44,626 bases of DNA from Piromyces finnis finn (GCA_002104945.1 MCFH01000112.1:1-44626); one strand, 5' to 3'; numbered from the stretch's first letter, positions 19,739 to 31,565 are shown. Notes: generated by a model not told the origin, from the letters alone. Translations and numbers: made by a program.

Positions 19739-21695
19739 TGATAAATAATGAAATTAATAAATATAAAATTATTATTATACCTGATTTTTATGTGAAGATA
19801 TTAACTGGATTTAAAACAAATTCAGATAATATCTATAATTAATTAAACATAATAATTATAATTAAATAATTTCAATAATTATTTTAAAACACTTTTAAAA
19901 GTCACCTTTTAAATTTTGATTCAGTGAAAGGGTTATGATTTCAAAAATTTAATATCAATACACTATAACCCTTAACCAAAAATAAGCAAGTACGAAATAA
20001 GGTGTAACTCGCCAAAAACGATCGCTACGGCTGTAAGTGCTACGGTGATGAAACTAGGTTTATTGGAAAGCTTAGGAAGAAAGCTACAATTTGGTACAAT
20101 CGCGGTCCTTCTAACTGATCATTTAAGGAAGTTATGATCATTTAAAGATTTTATTAGGTAAATTAAAATCAATATGATATCAAGTATGGATCATAAATAT
20201 TTCTTATGACTTGATGAAATTAAAAATATATCAATAGGAATTTTAGTTATATTAATTTAATTAATGATAACGATTGTTACTAAAAATAGAACTAGACCCA
20301 TTTAGGTGTAACAGTTAACACCTATGAATTAAATAATCTTAATTATTATAAAATAGGTTAACGGCAAGTTTTATTAGAAATAATTTTGAAAATAATAATT
20401 ATTTAATTATAACAAATATGTTATGGTAATATCAATTAATAATGATGAATTATTAATTGAATAGTTTTTATAATTACTAATTAGGATCAACTGTTTAAAT
20501 GATTAATCATATGTTTATTTTATTTTATGTCATGACAAACAAACAAACAAACAAACAAACAAACAATCTTATTACTTATTTAATTATATTACTAATATAT
20601 TACATGTAATACTTTATTCTTATTAATATCAATTTAATAATCTGAACAAAGAATATAAAAGAGAATGAATTGAATTCGATTTTAATTCTTTGTAAAGATT
20701 ATAGTTATAATCTTAATTATATAGTTACTTATAATATCATTTATATTATTAATATTAAATAAATAAAAAATTTATAAAAAGTTATTTTAAAGTAAATATA
20801 AATTTTTCATTTTTCATTTGGGAGTTTAAGGTGTTATTTTATAATTAAATTTAATTTCTTAAAAAACATTTTTACTATATAATTAATAATATTCTGACCT
20901 GGCCGCATAACCAAACCCAAAAACTTAACATTTTAAGTTAACCCTAAAAGTAACTTAAAACAAGTTATAGTTTAATTAAGTACTTTACCAAAATTCTTAA
21001 ATAAAATTAATCCTAAACACTGCATATATTTTGATTATTGAAAGAAAATAATAAACTTTAATTAATCGAGATCAAAATATATAACTTTTGTTAAATTAAT
21101 TGTTAAATTAAATATTTAATAACTTCGTTAGTAAATTACACTTTAAAAGTAAACAAATATAATAATTCATGTTATAAAATAATATAATTAAACACCTTTA
21201 TTAAAACATTAAAAATAATTATTACTTTAATTAATTGTAAAATAAACAACTTTTTATATTCTTTAACTTTTAATTATTTCTTTTATTGTTATTTCTAATT
21301 ACTTTTATTATTTTTATTGTAAATAGTTATTAATTTTATTGCTTTAATGTAAATAGTTTAAATCTAAAAGAAAATATAAATACATGTAAATATTCTTATT
21401 TTAATCATTATTATTATTATTAATAAAGAAATATTATATAGTTAGATTAATATTTTATAATTTTAATAATCACTTTTATACTTAAATAAATAAAAATTTT
21501 AAATATTTAAATATTAGAAAAACAAGTGTTTCTAATAAAACCATTTAGTGTTTTAACAAAACAATTTTATTAATTTTTATAAAAACGATTTTAAATCTTA
21601 ATCACTATAACTTATATAGTTATAACAAAAGATATAATATAATAATCACTTTTTGAAGTAAAATTCAAAATTAAGATTATTATCAAATTATATCA
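19739..21695. repeat. Putative solo LTR, family K (~810 bp), interrupted by LTR C1
   Basis: TGATAAATAATGAAATT start resembles family J (25107). Ends ATATCA. Left flank TTC, right flank CTTC. Single copy in the window. Confidence 0.6.
19791..20930. repeat. Solo LTR, family C (C1, 1140 bp) with 5-bp TSD TTTTA
   Basis: TGTGAAG...TTAACA. TTTTA at 19786-19790 and 20931-20935. Second copy at 29192. Confidence 0.8.
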
Positions 21696-21700
21696 CTTCT

Positions 21701-22115
21701 TGTGATACGAAGAAAAATATTATCTTAATTCTATAAATGAATATAGAAAGTGATAATATTTGTATCTAAAATTTAATAAATAAAAATAAATAAGAAAATA
21801 AAAATAGAATGAATGATTTTTATACTTGTTCATTTGCAAGTCTTTGTTAGTTTAAAATATAAAATTATTTTATTTAATTATAAAGTTTTAATATTTAATA
21901 ACTCTTGTATTATTAAATATATATATGTTATGGTTTAATACATCTTGAATGTATGTAAATATAATCACAACTATTATTTTAATAAAATTTAATATTATTA
22001 TCTAATTTTACTGGATTATTAGGAACATCTTTTAAAATAAAATAATTCTATCACTATTTATACAAAATTATTATTTTAAAGTATAATTAAAAACAAATAT
22101 AAACTATTTAATTTA

Positions 22116-22146
<31 letters not shown>

Positions 22147-22220
22147 TTTACATTTATAATTTTTAATTTAATAATTTTATACATGTTAATTATTTTAATT
22201 TTTAACTATCTGTGTTTTAA

Positions 22221-22266
<46 letters not shown>

Positions 22267-22319
22267 GTTATTATTATTATTATTATAAATTCATAATTTA
22301 TAAATTTAATTATTTATCA
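21701..22319. repeat. Solo LTR, family D (D1), containing an (ATT)n tract
   Basis: (TG)TGATACGAAG...TTATCA. Homologous to 39509-40022. TTCT flanks both sides if the extra TG is included. Confidence 0.75.
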
Positions 22320-22324
22320 TTCTT

Positions 22325-23099
22325 TGATACAAGATGCATAGAAAAATATAATATTTTAAATATTTTATGAATAATATCTAATCCTTTTATAAATTGTATA
22401 TCAATTACTAGTGTTAATAATAATTAAACTATATTAGTATAAATTATTATGACGCAAATATTACACATATATTAGAATAATTAATTACACAAGAAATGAA
22501 AAGATATAAAAATAGTGAAAAAGAACAAGATATAAAAAAAAAAGAGAGAAAACTTTTCGTTTATAAATAATATTTGATATTTTAGTTTTAAGTATAAGCT
22601 CTATTTTATTTTATTTTAGTTACAGTTTATTTTAGTTTAGTTTTAGGTCACTAATTACGTATTTAGCATTTATTATATTTAATTCAGTTTAAAATATTAA
22701 TTATAAAAGAAAAGAATAATTATTGTTTATTTTTATTATTTCAAAAAGTTATATTTTATTATTAATAAGAATTTTATCGACATATTTTTATATTTACATT
22801 TTATATTCAACTATTTATATTTATTAAACAATAACTTTCGACTCTACTAGTATTGAATGTTATTAATGTTATAATCATAATAATAATAATAATTAAATAA
22901 AAAAACTTTAAACCAAAATCTATTTAATTATATTATTATAAAATTTATTATTTTTATTATTTGTTTTTATTATTTATTTTTATTATTATAAAATAGAAAT
23001 AAATACAATATTATCTAATATATTATTCAACTCTCATTCCCTATTGCTAACGTTCACAATTATATTTTATTTATGGTGTTTTTAAAATATATTGCATCA
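22325..23099 (+). repeat. 5' LTR, family E (E1, 775 bp)
   Basis: TGATACAAG...GCATCA, followed by the PBS. Copies at 25589 and 37915 (-). Confidence 0.9.
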
Positions 23100-23106
23100 T
23101 AAAATT

Positions 23107-23125
23107 TGGTGGAGAATCCGGGCGT
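23107..23125 (+). promoter_or_regulatory. PBS (tRNA-Ala)
   Basis: TGGTGGAGAATCCGGGCGT, identical to family B; 7 nt after the LTR. Confidence 0.85.
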
Positions 23126-23255
23126 GGTAATACTGAAGTAATATGAAAACAGTTATAATAATATGAGATTTATAAAGATAGGAAAACATAATAATAAATA
23201 TTATAATATATATATATAAATATAAAAAAAAAAGAGAAAAGAAAAGAAAAAGAAA

Positions 23256-24387
23256 ATGGATCCGTTTGAAATAATAAACATGCTTCCATTGTTGGATGAC
23301 TTTGGAAAGGATATTGATAATTGGATCCAAGAATTTAGTGAAATTATGGAAATGTATGAAATAATTAGTCCAAGGCGAATATTTACTTTTATAAAGGAAT
23401 GTGTTAATGAAGATGTAAAGTATATACTCGAAGAATATAAAATTAATTATGGAAAATATCCAACCTTTGATGGTATACAAAAAATAATTGAAGAATATTT
23501 AAATATAACACAAAATGATAAATTCAATATTTTATTATCATTGAAAATAAAAAATAATGAAAGAATAAAGCTATTTAATTATCGCGTAAGAATAAAATAT
23601 AATTTATTAGATGAAAATTATAAAAAAACTTTTTAATGTTAATAATTATGTTGAAATGCTAAAAAGTAGACCATATATTTATTCAAATGTTCTATTAAAT
23701 GATTGTAAAACTCTTGAAGAAGCTTTTAAAGTTGCAGAGTTAGCTTCAAAAGTTGAGGAATATAATGTATTTAATAATGAATTAAATTATTCTTTTGGTT
23801 CAATTATGAATATTAATATGACAGCTTTAAATCCAAGAATTAATGATATTAATATTAATAGTAATGATGATTGTGAAAAAAATATGGATTTATCAAATGT
23901 AAATAATGAAAGAGAAAATATAATAGAAGATGAAAATGAAGCTGATACATGTAATGAAAATTTTAATAATAAATATGAGGACATGGAATGTAATAATAAT
24001 TTATTAAATTCAATAAACCTAAGTGATTGTGATGAAGATAAAATTCTAAAACTTCAAGATAAAATACTTAATAATAAAATATTAGAAGATTATAAATGTT
24101 TACGTAATAAAAAGATTAAAAAACGTTTAGAAAGCATAATTAATGGAGTTGATATTGAAGATAAAAATACCAATGATGAAAATAATATTTATAAAAATAA
24201 TTATATTAGAGATACTTTAAAGAATCATTGTCAATTATTAATAGTTAATCATAAATATAATAAAACAGAAATAGATACAATGCAAAGTAAAATAAAAGAA
24301 AAATTTTCATTTAATTATGGAAATAATAGAAAGGATACCAAAATGTTAGAAAGGAACTATAGGTATAAGAGAAAAAGAAAACGATAA
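23256..24387 (+). CDS. Gag capsid-like protein (~376 aa if a 1-nt A insertion at 23622-23628 is corrected); no zinc knuckle; acidic N/D/E-rich tail ending in RYKRKRKR
   Basis: The two overlapping ORFs align continuously with B Gag (LDDFGKDIDNW/LDNYGKNVWEW, YPTF/YPSL, FNYRVR/FNYRYR, DCKTLEEAFKVAE/DCENLQEAYKIAE) across the break. Confidence 0.8.
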
Positions 24388-24474
24388 ATACTTGAAATAT
24401 AAATTTTATTTTTATTTATTATATATTTAGTATAAGAACAATATAAAAACCTATAATTTTATTAATCCTTTGTT

Positions 24475-24514
24475 GACTTCAAGGGACGAAGTCTCATCTA
24501 AAGTGGGGGCATCT
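24475..24514 (+). promoter_or_regulatory. Pre-PPT hairpin and PPT
   Basis: GACTTC-AAGGGAC-GAAGTC, then AAAGTGGGGGCATCT before TGATAC. Confidence 0.85.
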
Positions 24515-24925
24515 TGATACGTGACGAACAGAAAATACTACTTTTGGTAGAAATTCCAGGTTAATTCATATAAGGGTTAAGATAATAATAAATTAATAAT
24601 AACTTTAATTAATAATGAAATTAATTAATATGAAATTAATTAAAAAAAAATATTTAATATGTACTAATATAAATATAATTAATAATTAAATAATTAAAAT
24701 GATGTTCTTGATTTTGTAATTAAGTTCCAAAGATAATAAGATATAATAAAATGAGAAATTTAGTAATAGTTTAGTAATATTAATAGTGAATAAGTAGTAT
24801 ATTTATATAGGAAAGATAGTTATTTTAAATATGTATTATTAATAATAAATAAATGTAAAAATACTAATTATAATATATTTTAATAAAGATAAATATTTAA
24901 TAATAATAAAAGGCTTATTTTGTTT

Positions 24926-24956
<31 letters not shown>

Positions 24957-25103
24957 TAAATAATAATAAATAAGTAAATAAATATATAATAACTATATCA
25001 CATAATTATTAATAACTGGAATATATTATTTCAGCAATATTCCTTATTACCACAACCTCAAAATAAATAATAATATTATGATATTTTATTTTATAACGTA
25101 TCA
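24515..25103 (+). repeat. 3' LTR, family F (F1, 589 bp)
   Basis: TGATACGTG...GTATCA after the PPT; homologous to 26407-28047 but not to E apart from weak terminal similarity. Confidence 0.88.
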
Positions 25104-25106
25104 TCT

Positions 25107-25583
25107 TGATAAAGAATGAAATTTATAAATAATGAATTAATAGAATAGCTGATTTTAAAATTATATAAACTTAATATAAATTAAAATAATAGTAAATAAT
25201 CAAAATAATATAAAATATAAATGTTTAATTAAATTTTAAAAATGTAAAATATAAACAAACTTAAATGTAATTATTTATTATAAATAGAAATAGAAAATAT
25301 TATTTTTAAAGATTGTTACTAATTAGCCAGGAAAATTAGAATATTTTAAAATTATAATAAATTAATATATTTTTTTTATAATACATAGCGAGATGTATTA
25401 TATATTTATTTTAAATAAATAAACTAATATTATAAAACAAGATGTGTTTTTAAAACTTTAAATTATATTTAATAATTATATATACTTGTAGAATGAGCAA
25501 GTAAAAATAAGTCATTCAAATACACACCAAATATACCACTTTCTAAGCTTATTTAGAATTAAGGTATATTTGAACGTGTGTCA
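25107..25583. repeat. Putative solo LTR, family J (477 bp)
   Basis: TGATAAAG...GTGTCA. TSD TTCT on the right (25584-25587) and on the left after in-silico removal of the E1-F1 element. Confidence 0.65.
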
Positions 25584-25588
25584 TTCTA

Positions 25589-26402
25589 TGATACAAGATG
25601 CATAGAAAAATATAATATTTTAAATATTTTATGAATAATATCTAATCCTTTTATAAATTGTATATCAATTACTAGTGTTAATAATAATTAAACTATATTA
25701 ATATAATTTATTATGACGCAAATATTACACATATATTAGAATAATTAATTACACAAGAAATGAAAAGATATAAAAATAGTGATAAAGAACAAGATATAAA
25801 AAAGGGAGAAAACTTTTCATTTATAAATAATATTTGATATTTTAGTTTTAAGTATAAGTTCTATTTTATTTTATTTTAGTTACAGTTTATTTTAGTTTAG
25901 TTTTAGGTCACTAATTACGTATTTAGCATTTATTATATTTAATTCAGTTTAAAATATTAATTATAAAAGAAAAGAATAATTATTGTTTATTTTTTTTATT
26001 ATTTCAGAAAAGTTATATTTTATTATTAATAGTAATTTTATCGACATATTTTTATATTTACATTTTATATTCAACTATTTATATTTATTAAACAATAACT
26101 TTCGACTCTACTAGTATTGAATGTTATTAATGTTATAATCATAATAATAATAATAATTAAATAAAGAAACTTTAAACCAAAATCTATTTAATTATATTAT
26201 TATAAAATTTATTATTTTTACTATTTATTTTTATTATTTATTTTTATTATTTATTTTTATTATTTATTTTTATTATTTATTTTTATTATTATAAAATAGA
26301 AATAAATAAAACATTATCTAATATATTATTCAACTATCATTCCCTATTGCTAACGTTCACAATTATATTTTATTTATGGTGTCTTTGAAATATATTGCAT
26401 CA
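25589..26402 (+). repeat. Solo LTR, family E (E2), TSD TCTA
   Basis: Homologous to E1; TCTA at 25585-25588 and 26403-26406. Confidence 0.9.
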
Positions 26403-26406
26403 TCTA

Positions 26407-28047
26407 TGATAGGTGACGAAGAGAAAATACTACTTTTGGTATAAACTTCAGGTCAATTTTGTCACGAATACTAGTGAAATCTACAATTTCAAGATCACTT
26501 GAAATTGTGAAATTACTTATAAAATTTTAAAATCAACAATATTTTATTTCCAAATAAATTATAAAATTATATTAAGTAATATTTAAAAAATTTAGAAAAG
26601 GTTAAGATATGACCTTAACCCTTAATAAATTTTATAACAAATAACTTTAACCCTTATCGTCAAAATTAAATAAGGAAAAACAAGCGTATCTCCTTAACGA
26701 ATGACGATTTTTGGGAAATTATGGTTGGGAAATTATGGGCTCGTTAGAAAGCCACACTCGAGATAAACAATATATCTTAAAATCAGGTCAATATCTCTGC
26801 TGGTTCATGAGATATTCCAATTTAAAGATATTTTGTTAGTAATGATTAATTGTTTAATTGTTTATTCAGAGAATGATCACCCCTGATGTATCAAACATAA
26901 ATCATTCACTCAAAAGGATAAAAATTATTGATTTAATTAAATTAAAATTATTTTCCGGAACTAATTAACTTTATTTTATAATAATCATTTCAATAACATA
27001 ACTTATAATCTTTGAATTAGAAGATTATAATTATTAATATTATTATATACAATGAATTATATTATAATTAAGAAATAATTGATATTATAAATATTATAAA
27101 CAATAATTATTTTTAATAATTAGTAATAAGTCTTAAGTTTAGTTTTAGTATTATAAAATATATTATGAATATAATCATGTATTAAAAAGTTATTTTATTA
27201 TTAAATGTAAAATTACAAATAGTATAAATAGTTTAGAATAGTTTATGAAATTAAAATCTTTGCAAAGATTATTAACAATAATTAATGCTTAATAAGTATT
27301 ACTATTAAATAATCTTATTATTATATTCTTTATTAATATTTTATTAAAATAAAATAAAAAGAAATTATTTTAACCACAATATTTAATTTAACTATTCGTT
27401 TATAAAACAATTAAGATTATTTTAATAAAGCATTTTTTCTAATCTAGTTATCTTTTAATCTTTTATTTAATTTAATATTTTAATATTAAATTATAAGTTC
27501 AGTAAAACTTTTACATCAATTCACATATGGATTAAGATAATAATAAATTAATAATAACTTTAATTAATAAAAATTATTTAATATATACATATATACTAAT
27601 ATAAATATAATTAATAATTAAATAATTTATAATAATGTTCTTGATTTTATAATTAAGTTCTAAAGATAATAAGATATAATAAAATAATAAGTGAGAAGAA
27701 TTTTATTAATAGTTTAGTTAGTAATATTATTAGTGAATGAATAGTTTATTTGTATAAGAAAGATAATTATTTAAATATGTATTATTAATAAATAAATGTA
27801 TAAATACTAAGTATAATATATTTTAATAAAGAAAAATATTTAATAATAATGAAATATTTCTTTTGTTTATATATAATAATAATAATAGTAATAATAATAA
27901 CAATAATAATAAATAAATAAATAAATAAATAAATAACTATATCTCATAATTATTAATAACTGGAATATATTATTTCAGCATAATTCCTTATTACCACAAC
28001 CACAAAATAAATAAAAGCATTATGATATTTTATTTCATAATGCATCA
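26407..28047 (+). repeat. Solo LTR, family F (F2), interrupted by G3
   Basis: TGATAGGTGACG...GCATCA. Colinear with F1 once 26460-27515 is removed. Confidence 0.85.
26460..27515 (+). repeat. Solo LTR, family G (G3, 1056 bp)
   Basis: TGTCACG...TTTTACA, the reverse complement of G1/G2. TSD TCAAT(T), with extra T residues on the left. Confidence 0.88.
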
Positions 28048-28051
28048 TTTG

Positions 28052-29136
28052 TGATACGCTACTCACATAAAAACATAATAAAAACTAACTGAATAAACAC
28101 GACTTAATCCATAGTAACTTATAATAAAAATAAACGATAATAACCTTAAAAATGAATGAATAATAATTTTATGAAAATATAACCCTTTCTTAAATAAATA
28201 ATATTCTCTTTATTATATAATAAATTCTGAATAAAAACGACTTAATAGAGATAATAATAAAATAAATTATTAAATAAAATAAAACGATTTAATCCAAAAA
28301 TGTATTAAAATAATAAAATAATAATAAAATGGTATGAATCAAATTATTAATTCAAGAGTTTTACCCAAGTGTTCTTTAAAAATTCTTTTAAATTTATATA
28401 TACAAATTAATAAATAAATAATTGAGTAATTATTACTAAAAGTGATAAACTTAAAACCTGGAAATAGAACAATAATAACGATTTTAAGATAAAATACAGA
28501 ACTCTTTTATGTTTCTGTATAAAATGTGTGCTTATAATAATTGATACTTTTAATATTTTAATTTTATTTTAATTTTGTTATAATTTTATTTTAATTTTAT
28601 TTTAATATTATTTTAATTTTAAATTTTAATTATTATATTCAAGGTATTATACATTTAATGATAGTCAATGATAATTTATAATAATTTTTCTAAATTTAAA
28701 CATTTTGAAGTACTAAGAAAATCAAATAAGTAATATTCTATAATATTTTATAATACTAAGACATAATTTTAATTTATTCTTTTAATCTTAATAAATAATA
28801 ACAATAGTAATAATAATATTTAATAGTTAAAAATAATAATACATGTAATAAATGAAATGTATAAAAGAAAGATAAAATTCTTCTTTATAAAAATCGGACA
28901 ATAAATAGAGAATAAAAAAGACAATAAATAGATAATAAATAAATTATAAAATATAATAAAGATTTAATTTAAAACATAATAAGAGTTTATTTATGAGTTT
29001 CGAGTGATTTATTTGTTAATTATAAAACATATTTTATTTTATTTTATTTTAAGTTTATTGTTTCATCATAATAATATAGAATTTATTATTTATTAAAAAC
29101 ATTATATTATTCAAAAATATATCGGTCAACGCATCA
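28052..29136 (+). repeat. Solo LTR, family A (A2), TSD TTTG
   Basis: Homologous to A1; TTTG at 28048-28051 and 29137-29140. Confidence 0.92.
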
Positions 29137-29140
29137 TTTG

Positions 29141-29191
29141 TGATACGCTACTCACATAAAAACATAATAAAAACTAACTGAATAAATACGA
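29141..29191 (+). repeat. 5' fragment of a family A LTR (A3), cut by C2
   Basis: First 51 bp of the A LTR. Confidence 0.85.
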
Positions 29192-30173
29192 TGTGAAGAT
29201 ATTAACTGGATTTAAAACAAATTCAGATAATATCTATAATTAATTAAACATAATAATTATAATTAAATAATTTCAATAATTATTTTAAAAGTCACTTTTT
29301 AAATTTTGATTCAGTGAAAGGGTTATGGCTTCAAAAATTTAATGTCAATACACTATAAACCCTTAAAGAAAAATAAACAAACACGAAACAAGGTGTAACT
29401 CGCCAAAATAAAAGCAAATTTATTAAAAAATTTAAGGAAAAAGCTACATTTTAGTACAATCGCAGTCCTTCTAACTGGTCATTTAAGGAAGATATGATCA
29501 TTTAAAGCTTTTAATAGGTAAATCAAAATTAATATGATATCAAGTATGGATCATAAACATTTCTTATGGCTTTATAAAAATTAAAATATATCAATAAGCA
29601 TTTTAGTTATATTAAATTAATTAATGAAAATGACTGTTACTAAAAATAGAACTAAATGTAACAGTTATCATACATAAATGAAATAATTTTAATTATTATA
29701 AATTAGGTTAACGGCAAGTTTTATTATTTAAAAAAAAATTTTTTTAAAATAATAATTATTTAGTTATAACAAATACTATCAATTAATAATGATAAATTAT
29801 TAATTGAATAATTTTTACTAATTATCAAATGCTTAAATGATTAATAATATGTTTGTTTTATCTTATTTTATGACATACAAACAAACACTGCTATAATTTA
29901 TTATATTATATTATTAACCTTATATTATTAATGTATTACATGTAATAATTTATTTTATTCTTATCAATTTAATAATTTTAACAAAGGATATAAAATAAAA
30001 TAAATTGAATTCAATCTTGATTCTTTGTAAAGGATTATAGTTATAATCTTAATTATATAGTTATAAAATATATTATATTATTTATAATATTATTATTAAA
30101 TAAATAAAAATTTATAAAAAGTTATTTTAAAAAACAAATATTGATTTTCTTATTTTGAAGTTTTAAGTGTTAT
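29192..30173. repeat. 3'-truncated LTR, family C (C2)
   Basis: Colinear with C1 from TGTGAAG to about 30173; the end and right TSD are missing. Confidence 0.8.
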
Positions 30174-30442
30174 ATTATTTAATATATATCCTAGATTTTT
30201 GAAGGATTCAGCCAGTATCCCTGAGCAAGTAAAATTGAACCCTAGGCAAAATTTTAGCCATGAAAATTAAGGAAACAGGCAAAAATTAGGATGAAAATTT
30301 TATATTTTAAAAATCTATGTTATGATGAATTTTTTTATAATTATTTTTTACTCCCGAACGTATAAATAATAAATTCTTATGCAATTATATAATAGCTCTA
30401 TTTAATTTTATTTTCAACATTTTAAAATAAATTAATATAACA

Positions 30443-30443
<1 letters not shown>

Positions 30444-30528
<85 letters not shown>

Positions 30529-30570
30529 GTTTATTATTATTATGTTTATTATTATTATTATTATGTTTAT
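30444..30570. repeat. (ATT)n microsatellite
   Basis: Direct reading. Confidence 0.95.
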
Positions 30571-31565
30571 TATGTCTTTTATTAATATATCACTAAATAT
30601 AATACATTCAATTTTTTTTTTTTTTTTTAACAGCATCAAATATTTTAAACTTTATTATTAATTTAATTAAAATTATAATACATGAAATAAAAAATTAAAA
30701 ATAAAAATAAAAATAAAAAAAAAATATGTTTAAATAAACACAAATGAATAAAAATTGGGTATAATGTATTCTAGTAATTTTAATTAAAGTAAGAAAGCCA
30801 CTATTATATACTAAGGTATAATAATTGTATTTGACTTTCAATAGGACACCGAGCCAAAGATCTACATTCAATTAAACAGTATTGAATACTTTAATAAAGA
30901 TTTGAACATATAATATCAAAATTTAGCAGATCTAAATGCTATTTAATTAAATAAATTTTAAAACTAAAATCAATCATAAACTCTTCAACAGAAATAATTG
31001 TTAATATAGACATTATAATATAAATAGTTTATGCAATTGTCCTTTAACTTACTAAAACATCATATTCTTAATAAAAATAAACAAATAAAACTGAAGCACA
31101 ATAAGATGGTAAAAAATGATATTTTATATTGAAAAGTTTCCTTAATGAAATAAAAATCTTTCTTCTTATTATACAACACTTTTTTTTTTTTTTTTTAAAA
31201 ATTATTTATTATAAATATCTTTTTTTATTATTATTTATATCATATTTTTAATTTTTATTTTAATAATATTTATATATTAAATATGTAGATAAATATATAT
31301 ATATATAATACAAATATAGATTACAATATTTGATTATTTGAATATTATTAATTCTAAAAAATAATGAAATCAACTCATTAATGTTATTTTTATAAAATAT
31401 ATAATTATGTATTATTTATACTACTATTATTGTTATTATATTAATTACTCTTTTATAAAGGAATTATTTTTTTCATTTTTATTATTTAAGCATTATAAAT
31501 AATAGTATTCCTTTTTTTTTAATTTGTTTATTTACTTTAATTTATTTTCAATTATTATTTCAAAT

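Larger units (their letters stand above)
22325..25103 (+). mobile_element. Non-autonomous Gag-only LTR element with non-matching LTRs (5' family E, 3' family F)
   Basis: Order: LTR E, tRNA-Ala PBS, gag-like ORF, no pol, hairpin plus PPT, LTR F. 4-bp TSD TCTT (22321-22324, 25104-25107). Confidence 0.85.

Noticed and set aside
20897-20912. Minus-strand TGGTTATGCGGCCAGG resembling a PBS
   Set aside because: It lies inside LTR C1, whose ends are fixed by the TTTTA TSD, and is not preceded by an LTR end.
22325-29191. CRISPR-like appearance of recurring TGATAC...ATCA junctions
   Set aside because: The recurring motif is only the LTR terminus. Units are 0.5-1.1 kb, and there are no cas genes or constant-length spacers.
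30214-30222. AGTATCCCT shared with 35626-35634, near the edges of the unique island
   Set aside because: A 9-bp match not placed exactly at element boundaries; compatible with chance.
30385-30639. Poly-Ile ORFs (also 33540-33749)
   Set aside because: Translations of ATT/AAT microsatellites.
30824-31000. Stop-riddled, coding-like stretch (DTEPKIYIQLNSIEYFNKDLNI*YQNLADLNAI)
   Set aside because: May be a decayed gene or TE fragment, but I cannot assign it without a tBLASTx/HMM search.
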